A model generated the notes under the pieces. The model ran no database searches. It saw only the letters and a program-made list of their open reading frames with translations, and was not told where the DNA came from. A stretch of DNA of 64,000 nucleotides, taken from positions 125,550,001 to 125,614,000 of the forward strand of contig NC_042997.1 in assembly GCF_006345805.1 (NCBI RefSeq), given 5' to 3'. Positions 25,443 to 37,789 of this stretch are shown here, piece by piece (the first letter of the stretch is position 1; each line of letters begins with the position of its first letter). The translations under genes and the position numbers were made by a program. This stretch comes from Octopus sinensis. Taxonomy: Eukaryota.

Positions 25443-25619
25443 TGTGTGTGTGTGTGTGTGTGTAAGTGTGGTACACATACACACAATTATTATTCCCGTT
25501 TCAACAAATAATTCTTTAAATATCATTTGTCATTTTTAATAAGAGCCTCATTAAAGCGTATCTTCAAGTTGCGCGATGATTCGCGGAATCAACTTGATGT
25601 GTAAAACAAGTGACAATTG

Positions 25620-25745
<126 letters not shown>

Positions 25746-25821
25746 TTTATATTAAGTGCATTACTATACATAAATGCCTCGCGCTTAAAGTCAAAACTAC
25801 CATAATAAACACATTGTACCA

Positions 25822-25940
25822 AACGCGAGGGAATATGATTTCATAATTAGTGCACAAAATGCACTAATTATGAAATCATATTATCTGCAACTGAATCTGG
25901 TTATAAAAGGCTCGCTTCGAGAGTTGCATTCCCTCGCGTT
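25822..25940. other. Branched hairpin element
   Basis: Perfect inner inverted repeat (20+ bp) around caaaa. Outer aacgcgagggaat/attccctcgcgtt. Third arm gcaact/agttgc. Confidence 0.75.
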
Positions 25941-26566
25941 GTCATGGTCATAACGGTCCCCTTTAATCGGCTATCAAACCCATGACTATTTGATGGAGTT
26001 TGATTGGGCTCCTGTTTTAAAACAAAGTCGGGATTAGGACAACCAATATAGTAGACTAAAACTGAATTCATATTACTGCTGGCTTGCAGTCTCCTTTTGA
26101 GGAAAAGCCTGGAAGAGGGTACTCCGACGTAAAACTTGCAGTCAACTAAGTATTAATCATCTTGCTTTGCTTGTCACTGGAATCTACTATTTTAACCCAA
26201 AGAGTGGCAAAAGTTTTGTACGAGCGTTTGTCACTGAAATCCAATGAAGTACAGATGCCCCCGACAAAACACCATCATCGTACAATCATCACTTTTCAAA
26301 AGTCCTATGGCAATAGAGGTGTAGCGATGTATGCAGACTTGACCGGTTGGAAGCATACAATTACAAATCCGCACATAAGGCGGCAGGGTTCTTATCTTAA
26401 CATCGCTAACATGTTTTCATGAACATGAACCGCTTCCGGTGGAGAATCCTGTATCTGAGCAGCCCTTTTAAGAACACAGCTCACCTAGATATGCAGGGAA
26501 GGTGCTAGAAAAGTTGCACAAAAAATTGCTATCTTTTCTCTGCTGGTTAATTTACTGTAGCTAAAG

Positions 26567-27570
26567 ATGGTTCAATTTAGCAGGAATGAACAAAGAATTG
26601 ATATAAACAATGATAACAAGTATGCAAGGAAGAAGGTTTCTCTTAACCTGGCCTGTTGGAATGTAAGAATCCCTTTAGATCAATCAGATAGGCTTAAAGG
26701 AAGAACAGCTCTTGTAACTAAGGGGCTAAGGCGTCTTAATGTTGATATTGCAGCTCTTTCTGAAACAAGATGTTCAGGTAAGGATTATCTTGTCGAAAGA
26801 GCAGCAGCTTTCACATTATTCTGGGTTGGGAAGCCAAAGGGAGAGAAAAGGGAAGGTGGTGTTGGGTTTGTAATCAGAAGTGATTTGGTAAAGGACCTTG
26901 AACAACCACAAAGCATAAACAAACGCATAATGAAACTCCGGATCACCCTTTCTTGTGAACGTTTTGTAACTGTTTTCTCCATTTATGCTCCTACACTTTC
27001 AGCTAGTGAGGAAAATATCCATGCATTTTATGGAGCTTAGAAGTATTCTGTCTGTTCCTTTGAATGAGAAGTTGGTTGTGCTTGGTGACTTTAGTGCACG
27101 TGTTGGTAGAGACTGTGGTGCTTGGAATGTACTTGGGCGTTACGGAATAGAAAAGATGAGCAACAATGTGTTGCATGTGCTACAAATGTGCTCTGAGCTA
27201 GGGTTGGTTGTTGGGAATACTTTCATAAGTTGAAGCATAGAGTTATCTGGATTCACCCAAGATCAAAGCAAGATCACATGAATGACTTCGTATTAACTCG
27301 GAAACCTGACTTACAAGATTTGTGCAGCCTCAAGCTATTGTGTGGTGTTGATTGCAATATTGATTACAAAATGATTAGGGCTAAGTTCAAGTTCAGGGTT
27401 CAGGGCCTGCAAGAAGATTTGTAGTGCAGGTGTACGAGTACCAAAGAGAATTGATGTAGGGCGGCTAAAACAACCACAAGCTTTGCAGTTATTTCAGGAA
27501 AGATGCAGCAATGTTCATTTTGATGGTTGGCAGGATTCTTTTCGGAATGGAGTATATGCCAGGTCCGCTT
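26567..27570 (+). pseudogene. RTE-clade LINE, APE endonuclease region, frameshifted and 3'-truncated
   Basis: NLACWNVR, DIAALSETR, GVGF, SIYAPT, LGDFSARVG and WIHPRSK motifs. Confidence 0.92.
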
Positions 27571-27710
27571 TTGCATGGTCGGGTCGTCGGCGACTAAACT
27601 AGCAAACCCACCAAGCTTACTCAGTGAGGAGGGTGATTGTTGAACACCCTGCAGGACGAAGAATAAGACCCGCCAAAGTAGTCAACACCCATCCAACATT
27701 ATGTGTATAT

Positions 27711-27742
<32 letters not shown>

Positions 27743-27753
27743 ATATATATATA

Positions 27754-27793
<40 letters not shown>

Positions 27794-27860
27794 TATATAT
27801 ATAAGAAATTTAAAAAGGAAAATATGCACACTTACATGGTTTTAATATAATTTTTAATAT

Positions 27861-27895
27861 ATCGACCGGTTTCGCTATCGCTATTCATGATATTA
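27861..27895 (-). ncRNA. Degenerate minimal hammerhead at the PLE 3' end
   Basis: ATATC-ATGAATA-GC GATA GC-GAAA-CCGG-TC-GATAT. 5-bp stem I; two substitutions in the CUGANGA box. Confidence 0.5.
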
Positions 27896-28185
27896 TGTCA
27901 AATTTATTGGAATATATATTTTTTCTTAAGAAGAAATTTGGTCCATGTTGTGTGTGATGAAATTCACGAGTGAATGACTTCACAAGTAGACAAATAAAGG
28001 GAGGTAATTGGCTGTTATTATTGTTATTGTTGTGTGTAAAGGAGATAACTGTTCGGCTTTCGGTAATGGGTGAGGATTAAATATGTGTACAGAAAAGAGA
28101 CAGGTTTTAAAAAAACCTTGTTTAGTAGGGGATTTATGTCCAGTGATGTAATCGTGAATGGAATATGTAAAAATATAAAAGTTGG

Positions 28186-30190
28186 TTACGCGTGCATATT
28201 AAGACGTGTTTTGTATTTTTCAATTAAAAAAAATTCTTTATTTAACCATTCTAGTTGAGAGATTGCGTCTTTGCACTGGTAGTAAGGGAAGACTGTGAAA
28301 TTTAGTTTGATGTTACCTGCACATTTTTCTATGTGTTCAGTGAGAGGAAGTTGTCTGTATTGCGGGAAACGGATTTGCTCCTTATGCAGAGTGATTCTCT
28401 TTCTCAAAGTTAAACTCGTTTGTCTAATGTACTGATGACCGCAACCCGAGCAGGTTATTGCATAAATTAGTTTATCAGAGGTACAGCTGAAGCTAGTTTT
28501 AATTGTGAACCTTTGTCCTTGTTTGAAAAGGAAATCTGAGCCTTCAAGCAGGTTCGATAGTTCAGGCGTCCACATTTTTCAACCGTTGGTTTCGTGGTTG
28601 TTTTGTAAAGCTTTGCATTTGTTAGTAGTCTCTTTAGCGATTTGTCTTGTTTTTTTGCATTTGATGACTTTGTGTGTTTTCAGGATGTCGTTCATTTTTG
28701 GATCTCTAGTTAGTAAAAAGAGAGTTTGCACAATAGTGTTGAATGCCTCACTGTTTCTGGGGTTGTGTGTTGATATAAAAGGTAATGTTTTGGTTTGAGG
28801 TGTGGTGCTATGTTTTCTTGTTCTTAGTGTTTTTGTGTCTAATTGTTTGGCACGTTTAATTCCCTCGTCGATAAGAGAGGGTGGATATTGTCTTTCAATA
28901 AGTGTTGTTTTGAGGTCTTGAAGACGAAGGTCCCGAGTTGTTCTATCAGACACTATTGTGCAGATCCTTTTTGCTAAGTTAAAAGGGATACTTATTTTTA
29001 TGTGTTTCGGGTGGCATGAGTTAAGAAGAAGATATTGTTTTGAATCAGTTGGTTTATAATAAATGTCAGTTATGATTTCATTGTTAACTTTTTTTATCAT
29101 GATGTCTAAAAATGGAAGTTGTTCTTTGTTATATTCCATTGTGAATTGAATGTTATTATTTATGCCATTTAGTGTTGTTTTGAAATCCAAAAATTTGTCG
29201 ATGTCCTCCTTCCAAATGATAAAACAGTCACCCAGGTATCGCTTCCATTTTGCTCTTATGTAGAGGTAAAATGGGTAACCATATTTCTGAAGTGATATTT
29301 CATATAAGGTGAATTCAAAATAACCCATTATTAGGTTCGCAAGGACAGGAGCTGCTTTCGTCCCCATCGCAACTCCACATTTCTGACGATAGTATGTGTT
29401 CTCAAATAGGAAATAATTGTTCTGAAGTATAAATTTTAAGGATTCAATAATAAAAATCTGGTTTATGCGTTCCGGGAGGACTTCGGTGTACTTTTCCAAC
29501 CAGAATTTAATTGCTTTTATTCCATAATCATGGGGGATGTTGATGTAAGGATTGATTACATCGAGGGTGACCAATACTGCCTCTTCATTAATCGTTTTTG
29601 ATAGGTGTTCTAGCATGTCTAAATCATCCCTAATGAAGCTTTTGATGTATTTCAGCAAGGGTTTCAGTAGGATGTCTAGAAAATTGCTTAGTCAGTGGGT
29701 TTCACAGGCCGGCCCAGCTACAATGAGTCTTAAAGTCAAGTCTTCTGGCGTTTGGATATTTATATATTTGCCTGGTGATTGTTTGCAGGCTTCATTGATT
29801 ATCTTGCTCTCGTGTATTTTAGGGAGGCCATAAAAAAGACTGGGTTTACATTTGAAGTTCGCGACGTAGTCTGTTTCTTTCTCTGTCAGGCCTTTTCCAT
29901 GTAGAAGAATTAAGGATGCAAGATTTTTCATTGTTTTTTGTTGTTTATAGTTTATAATTTTTGCGTAGAAGGGCTCGTTTTCTAATATGGAAAGTACTAG
30001 TTTTTTATAGTGTTCTGTGTCCATCAGAACTACAGCACTTCCTTTGTCAGCTTCTTCAATTGTCAGGTCTTTGTCGTTTTTTAGTTCAGTCAGATTTTTC
30101 CATTCTAGATTGTTGAGGTTAGGATTAATTTTTCGTTTAATAGATGTGTAGGGGAAATTTTGGATATGGTTGCAGTAGTCATCCAGTGTT
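28186..30190 (-). mobile_element. Penelope-like element (RT + GIY-YIG), probably Neptune group, decayed
   Basis: LVTLDV, QKCGVAMG, RYLGD (catalytic D lost), LPFLD and YKPTD motifs; Cys linker KCGRLNYRTC; IYAITCSGCGHQYIRQT endonuclease; frameshifts. Confidence 0.93.
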
Positions 30191-30191
30191 T

Positions 30192-30261
<70 letters not shown>

Positions 30262-30267
<6 letters not shown>

Positions 30268-30465
30268 TAATCCAAACATGAACAAAGAGAAAACACAACA
30301 GCGCGAGGACGTGGAACAAGTATAGTGTTATTGGACGCTCAGGAAAGGAAAAAAAGAAGGAGGATTTAACGTTTTGAATGGAGCTCTTCGTCAGAAACAT
30401 TGAAAAAGGAAAGGTTCAAGGAAGGGAAAAAGGAGAAAGAAAATCGCCAACGATACACACGCGGT

Positions 30466-30470
<5 letters not shown>
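30262..30470 (-). mobile_element. PLE pLTR-like segment with degenerate hammerhead (30364-30398)
   Basis: TTT-CTGACGA-A GAGC TCC ATTC-AAAA-CG-TTA-AAT. First box intact; GAAA mutated to AAAA. Confidence 0.55.
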
Positions 30471-30526
<56 letters not shown>

Positions 30527-31325
30527 CCCTAATAGAACACTTCGAATTTATTTTTCATTAACTTTCTATGACAGTTATCTATTCTCTGTATTATATAAAA
30601 TGGCTGTTTCGTTTCTTTGTCCATGCCTGGTCGATTTTTATACCAACTACTCGTGATGTCAACAACTGTTAGATATTGTATGGCTATAAGTCTCCTGAGT
30701 TTGATAGCTAAATACATTATACGAGCTTGTAAGATGCAATGTAATTTTGGCAAACTTTTCATTGAAAAAGAATTTAAAACCCTGTTTTCCCCTGACATCT
30801 GTGGCCCTTCCCACTATCAGGTCATTTTAATGCGATATGCATTGATATCGTTATGAAATTTTATTATTTTCCATAAAAGAAAAACACAACTGTTCGTTAC
30901 TAACTAAATTACTCGGGTTAAATGTATCAATTATGTTCAAAAATAATTGTGAACTTAAACTGGTTTCATAAAAGAACTATAACTGATTTAATCATTCACT
31001 TACGAAAGTGGTATTTCGCACACAATAAAAGATTGTTACTTGAATATATTATAGAATTTTCTCTTCAAAACTATTCTATTTACATAAAAATACTCATAAA
31101 ATCTAAAATACAGAGGTTTAAAATTAGTTATTAAGCCACAGTTATGCTTTTATGTAGTTTTTTTACGATGAAGCTTACTAAATAGGCATCGATAAATTTA
31201 GGATGGTGGTTTGGTAGTAATGTTTGATCGTGGGATAAAAATTCTTTACGGTATTTGTCCGAGCGTTTATGTTCTGAGTTCGAATATCGCCAGAACATCG
31301 CAGCGTTACTCAAACAGAGAGAAGG

Positions 31326-31491
31326 TTGTGGCGAAAGAGTACAACAGGGGTCATCCCCCCCCCCCAGAGCCTCGTGGAGCTTTTAGGTGTTTTCGCTCAA
31401 AAACACACACAACGCCCGGTCTGGGAATCGAAACCGCGATCCTCCGCCCGCAAGTCCGCTGCCCTAACCACTGGGCCATTGCGCCTCCACA
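31326..31491 (-). mobile_element. SINE family C (tRNA-like head with A and B boxes)
   Basis: tggaggcgcaatggcccagtggttagggcagcggac...ggtttcgattccc; homologous to 21830-21996. Confidence 0.85.
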
Positions 31492-32139
31492 TGAACCTAT
31501 ATTAGAAACAAATATATCTGTGACAAAAAATGTTCCATCTTCGTTTAAGTTGTTCTCTCCTTCCCTGTCGATTCCAATCGATTTGTCGATTCCAATAAAT
31601 TTATATAATAACAGTGTTACACAAAGAACTTCCAAGAGGGTGGCATCTAATGTAGATACACAACAGCAGTTAAGGTCGCGGATTGACAGTATTTTTAGAG
31701 CGTCGGGTATAATGCCTCGCCGTATTTGTTTTAACTCTGTACTTCGAGTTCAAATTGTACAAAACTTTACTTTGCCTGTGATCCTTTTGATATTTATAAA
31801 AGAAAAGGATGGGGCCAAACCAGAACGGCGCATTGTCAGGATTATTAGATGGTCGGAAAAAACTTTTTCTATTACCTGTTACGGTTGATTGAATCTTGAT
31901 AGCAAAGCCTAAGAAGACACCGATGTCAGGCAGTATCTGATCAAATCGGCGGTCTTTTCGAAGGCATGGAGAGGTAAAACTTGAAAACATGAACAACTCA
32001 TAGTATTCCGAATGGAAAAATTGACCGCGCCTGCACATACGTTTACAGATGCGTGATCAACACTGTCCTGCGGAGGTCCTACGGTAGTAGTTACAAAAAG
32101 TGCTGTTATTATTGTTATTTAACTGTTCCGGGAGACGAG

Positions 32140-32345
32140 CTAGCAAAATCATTAGCGCTCTGGACAAAATGTTTTTCAGCATTTCTTCCGGCTATTTAAG
32201 TTACGAATTCAAACCTCACCGAAGTCAGTTTTGCCTTCATTGTTTCTAAGTCGATAAAATAAAGTACCAGTCAAATAGTGGGGTCGATGTAATCGACTCG
32301 TCCCTCTCCAGAAAATTGCTGGTCTTGTGAGAGATTTTTTATTAT
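32140..32345 (+). mobile_element. SINE family B monomer (tail Y), diverged
   Basis: gcgagctagcaaaatcattagc...gccttcattg...aagtaccagtc...gggtcgatgtaatcgac. Confidence 0.75.
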
Positions 32346-32559
32346 TTAACTCCAATTTATTACTGACCAAGTAAACCCACCACCAAAAGGGTTCCACCTG
32401 CTACGATTTCCAATATCTACGACTACGTTTTCAAATGTGCCTCTTCCATATATCTCTTTAGACGACATGGCGTGAGTTGGGGGAGATCTGTCTGCTATTT
32501 CTAACATGTCGATTCAATAACACCGTTTGCAAATTCTATGCTTGGAATGACCAATTTTA

Positions 32560-32830
32560 AATACTATCCGAACTTACTCACAAGGTACAGGAATCTTATA
32601 TGTATACCATTCTGCCTAAATAATGGAACTGCAGATACAATATCCCTGCATATCTCACGTCTATTTTCATTCCTCCACTTCACACTCTATTTCATATCTT
32701 ATCTAGAATAACTATTGCTTAACCATTTTCTCACACCATATCCGATGAAGGGATTTATAAAATATCACGGAAACATCTGTAAGACCTCTTTATAAATGTT
32801 TTGAAATCTTTTACAGCCTTGGATTTTTAT
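32560..32830 (+). mobile_element. Probable PLE 3' end with degenerate hammerhead (32742-32781)
   Basis: CCGATGA-AGGGAT...ATCACG-GAAAC-ATCT-GTA, preceded by a FKIL-type endonuclease C-terminal remnant. Stem I is not evident. Confidence 0.4.
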
Positions 32831-33355
32831 CTCATTCTGTTAATTTTTTATATATACGCATGCTGATATATGACCTACGTTGGACTCCGAACCTGGAGCT
32901 TAACTATAGTCTATCCATAGCATTTACTCAGCATTACCTGACACCTTTGGGTCTTTTTGACACCATTACATCTCAACAGCCCTCATCGTTTGTTTTTACT
33001 GTTTTATTCTCATTGTTCTGCCTTTTACTGTTTTTACTGTCTTGTATTCTTTTTACTGTCTTGTATTGTTCTTACTGTCCTGTTCTTGTTACCACTTTTA
33101 CCCTTCGTAACACGGAGTAGATGAAGCAGAGACAACTGAAGAAGGGGAATATTCCTTGTGTTGTATGTCTTGTACTCTGTTTTTTTCGCTGTTTGAAAAA
33201 AAGTTCGTTTCTATGTTTTTGTTCTTTGTTTTCGTTTCTCATTATGTTCAACGTTTTTTTTATGTCCTGTACCCATATATGCATGTATATTTACATATAT
33301 GTGCAGGTATGTACATATATGTATGTATATATGCATATAGTTATATATTATTTGT

Positions 33356-34600
33356 ATGACGGTATGCAGGGAACAGTGCAGTTTGACGGATCGCCCTCGG
33401 AGTCATTCCCCATCCAGAGTGGAGTGAAACAGGGTTGCGTTCTGGCGCCGACGCTCTTCGGAATCTTCTTCTCCCTTGTCCTGTCCTATGCCTTCAGAAC
33501 GTCCGACGACGGAGTGTTCCTCCACACCAGGGCTGATGGTGGATTGTTCAATCTTGCGCGCCTCAGAGCTAAGACCAAAGTCCGTCAGGTGCTGATCAGA
33601 GAGATCCTCTTTGCTGACGATGCCGCCCTAACATCACACAACCAACCGGGTCTCCAGAGGCTGGTCAGCTCCCTGGCGGATGCCTGCCAAGAGTTCGGCC
33701 TTACCATCAGCCTGAAAAAGACAGAGATCATGGGCCAGGACGTCGGAGGGGTCCCCAGCATCAGTGTCGGCGACCACAGCTTGCAGGTGGTGAACGAGTT
33801 CACTTACCTGGGATCGACGGTCTCCAGCAGCCTGTCCCTCGAGCCGGAGCTGAACAGACGGATTGGGAAGGCTGCTGCTGCCATGGCTAAGCTCTCCAGG
33901 AGAGTGTGGGAAAACAACATGCTCACAATAACCACCAAGATCGCAGTGTACCGAGCCTGCGTGCTGAGCACCCTACTCTACGGCAGCGAGAGCTGGACAA
34001 CATACACCCGGCAGGAATGCCGCCTCAGCGGCTTCCACATGCGGTGTCTTCGACGGATCCTTGGCATCTCCTGGAAGGACCGAGTACCAAACGGAGTCAT
34101 CCTGGAACAGACTAATATGCCAAGCATGTATGCCCTCCTCGTGCGGAGACGACTGCGCTGGCTCGGACACGTCTGCCGCATGCAGGACGGTCGCATGCCT
34201 AAAGACAACCTGTACAGCGAACTCACCACGGGATCCCGACCCAAGGGACGTCCACAGCTACGATACAGGGACGTGTGCAAGCGCGACCTGAGGACTGCCA
34301 ACATCTGTGTGGACACGTGGGAGGAAACAGCTGCTGACCGCTCTGCCTGGCGTCGGACGGTGAGGAAAGGCGTTTCCATGGCTGAGGAGAGGAGAGCACA
34401 GCTGTGGTTGGACAGGCGGGACAGGAGGAGGACAACTGCAGCAACACCCCACACGTACCCATCGAAGTTCGTGTGCAGCAAATGTACCAAGGACTGCCAC
34501 TCTAGAATTGGACTGTTCAGTCACAGCAGACGCTGCACATCATCAAAGTAGGCCCCACCCTTGGCGCAACCCATTGTCTATCAAGACAGAAGGGGAAAGA
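33356..34600 (+). mobile_element. 5'-truncated RTE-clade LINE (RT C-terminal half uninterrupted, 3' UTR present)
   Basis: GVKQGCVLAPTLF, LFADDA, FTYLGS, LLYGSESW, LRWLGHV and terminal CxxC...H...C; about 400 codons without a stop; GC-rich. Confidence 0.95.
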
Positions 34601-34645
34601 TATATATATAATATATATATATTATATATATATATATATATATAT

Positions 34646-34652
34646 CATCTTC

Positions 34653-34684
<32 letters not shown>

Positions 34685-35010
34685 CTTCTCTCCCCTCTTC
34701 TTCCCAACTTTATCACCAATGCTTTTTAGTATAACACCTACGCAAATTCTATAAACAAACCTTTCAATAGAAATATTTTCATGAATTGAACAGCAGGAAC
34801 TGCTAGCAACCACTGACCAACGACAATCAAGGCAATCCCAAATTCTTCCTCCTCTTCTCCCCTTCCTTCCCATTCTTCTTCTTCTTCTTCTGCTTCTTCT
34901 TCTTCTTCTTCTTCTTCTTCTTCTTCTTCTTCTTCTTCTTCTTCTTCTTCTTCTTCTTCTTCTTCTTCTCCTTCTTCTTCTTCTTCTTCTTCTTCTTTTT
35001 TTTCTTCTTC
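34646..35010. repeat. (TTC)n microsatellites
   Basis: Directly visible (34646-34690 and 34875-35010). Confidence 0.95.
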
Positions 35011-35171
35011 CCTACCAAGAATTCACATGGACCTTGAACCCACAAGAGTAAACAAGAGAGACAGAGAAAGGCAGAAACAAGGAAAATGCCACTTATATTT
35101 GAACACTATACAAATATTCTTTTAAAAAAACTTTTCTTTTAATTTTTCTAAATTTAATTATTTAATAGTTA

Positions 35172-35208
35172 CAGTTGAAAAGGTCTCAAATGACCGAAAC
35201 AGGTACTG
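35172..35208 (+). ncRNA. Degenerate minimal hammerhead
   Basis: CAG-TTGAAAA-GGTC TCAAAT GACC-GAAA-CAGG-TA-CTG. Stems I and II pair; two substitutions in the first box. Confidence 0.5.
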
Positions 35209-35311
35209 AAATGTTCCTTATAAAATAATTTTAGCATTTTCTATCTTGACTTGTTTTTTCATATATATCAACTCGTGTGTCCCTTTTCATATATATATAT
35301 ATATATATATA

Positions 35312-35716
35312 TACTCTTTACTCTTTTACTTGTTTCAGTCATTTGACTGCGGCCATGCTGGAGCACCGCCTTTAGTCGAGCAAATCGACCCCAGGACTTA
35401 TTCTTTGTAAGCCCAGTACTGATTCTATCGGTCTCTTTTGCCGAACCGCTAGGTGACGGGGACGTAAACACACCAGCATCGGTTGTCAAGCAATGCTAGG
35501 GGGACAAACACAGACACACAAACATATACACACACTATATATATATACATATATATGACAGGCTTCTTTCAGTTTCCGTCTACCAAATCCACTCACAAGG
35601 CATTGGTCGGCCCGGGGCTATAGCAGAAGACACTTGCCCAAGATGCCACGCAGTGGGACTGAACCCGGAACCATGTGGTTGGTTAGCAAGCTACTTACCA
35701 CACTGCCACTCCTGCG
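35312..35716 (-). mobile_element. SINE family A, full length (partial A tail also at ~35785-35940)
   Basis: Reverse complement of the A consensus. Confidence 0.92.
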
Positions 35717-36815
35717 CCATATACATGTGTGTGTGCACGCGCGAGTATGTATGTGCATGTATGTAAGTATATATGTATTATATATCTTTTACTTGTTTCA
35801 GTCGTTGAAATACGACCATGCTGGAGTACCGCTTTGAAGGGTTTAGTCGAACACATCAAATTCGAATATTCATTTTTAAAAGCCAGATACTTATTCTATC
35901 GTTTTCTTTTTGCCGAACTGCAAAGTATATATGCACACACACACACACACATGATGCTCCTGTTACTAAAGCAGTGAATTCCAATCTCACCACCTCACTT
36001 CATGTTAATATCTTTCAGCCAGAGAGAATGATTGATGCTTTTAAAGCTTTTAACTATTCCATACCAATCTTGGCTATCAATCGACGTCACGTACAGATCG
36101 ATTTGGCTGTGGTATAACAACAAACTAACATTAGCCAGTTGCAAAGGGATGAAATTCTACCATTTGAGAATAACTAAAGCAACCAACGAAATGATATGCA
36201 CGGAGAAATAACCAAGTTTTATTTCTTTGTAGAATATTCTTGCCTCAAGGAGAATTTAGCTAAAGAAACCTCAAAAGTTTATAAGAAATTATTTTTAAAA
36301 TTCGTCAAAATCTTTAGAGGCAGGATTTTATTTTCATAAATCAAAACAACACGGAATATCTTTTAATCATTTTAATTTTTTTCGTAATATCGCCGTCAGC
36401 TAAAGACGCCCCGGAGTCGTAGAGTAAATGGCAAGAATTATAAACTGTATTTGAATTTTGTGAAAGAAATCTTAATGAAATTTAATATGATGAAAATTTC
36501 CTGGTCTGTTTTATGGAATTTTTAAATAAATATTATAATGATTTCTATAAATATTATTGTTGTTTTTGAGGAAATTCAAATTGAAAACATTTTATTTAAG
36601 TTTACGCAAATTTATTAAATATTTGAGGTATTTGTGATTAAGTTCAAAAGTATTTTCTAAACTGAGATGAGGTGGTTTTTGATATGCATGATTTCTTCCC
36701 AGGGGAAATAGTCATGCAAATTAATTTGATTTTAAATAAGAATCCAGACTGCGTTGTGTACTTCACAAGTTACAGAGTCACGTGTCTTGCAACAAATGTT
36801 GAAATATTTTCATTA

Positions 36816-37248
36816 CTAAGGCGGCGAGCTGGCAGAAACGTTAGCACGCCGGGCGAAATGCTTAGCTGTATTTCGTCTGTCGTTACGTTCTGAGTTCAAA
36901 TTCTGCCGACTTTGCCTTTCATCCTTTCGGGGTCTATTAAATAAATACCAGTTATGCACTGGGGTCGATATAATCGACTTAATCCTTTTCTCTGTCCTTG
37001 TTTGTCCCCACTATGTTTAACCCCTTGTAGGTTGTAGAGAAATAAGAAATAGGAAAACTTAGCACGCCGGGCGAAATGCTTAGCAGTTTTTCGTCTGTCT
37101 TTACATTCTGAGTTCAAATTCTGCCGAGGTCGACTTTACCTTTCATCTTTTAGGGGTCGATAAATTAAGTACCAGTTAGCTACTGGGTCAATCTAATCGA
37201 GTGGCCCCCTCCTCCAAAATTTCGGGCCTTCTGCCTAGAGTAGAAAAG
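36816..37248 (+). mobile_element. SINE family B dimer (tail X unit + tail Y unit) with 13-bp TSD
   Basis: aatattttcatta at 36803-36815 and 37249-37261. Confidence 0.9.
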
Positions 37249-37339
37249 AATATTTTCATTATATATATATATAAAGACTTTCCCTTATTCTGATATCTTT
37301 GTTGCTATTTCAAATCAAACATTTTCGTCACTCTTTTAT

Positions 37340-37547
37340 TATTTTAGTTGTTTCAGTCATTTATCTGCGGCCATGCTGGAGCATCGCCTTTAGTCGATCA
37401 AATCGACACCAGGACTTATTCTTTGTAAGCCTAGTACTTATTCTATCGGTCTCTTTTACCGAACGGTCAAGTTACGGGGCCGTAAACACACCAGCATCGG
37501 TCGTCAAGCGATGTTGGGGGTGGACAAACACATAAACATATACACGC

Positions 37548-37622
<75 letters not shown>

Positions 37623-37784
37623 CAACGGGCTTCTTTCAGTTTCTGTCTAAAAAATCCACCTGCAAGGCTTTGGTCGGCCCGAGGCTATAGTAGAAGACAC
37701 TTGCCCAAGGTACCACGCAGGGGGAATGAACCCGGAACCATGTGGTTGGTAAGCAAGCTACTTACCACACAGCCACTCCTGCGC
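37340..37784 (-). mobile_element. SINE family A, full length
   Basis: Reverse complement of the A consensus with ~70-nt (TA)n centre. Confidence 0.92.
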
Positions 37785-37789
37785 CTTTT

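Noticed and set aside
31400-31491. tRNA gene call for the tRNA-like sequences here and at 21920-21996
   Set aside because: A and B boxes are present, but there is no acceptor-stem closure and the sequence continues into a shared SINE body.
33121-33355. N-terminal ~78 aa of the 476-aa ORF
   Set aside because: AT-rich flank and microsatellite that happen to be in frame; RTE homology starts at ~33356.
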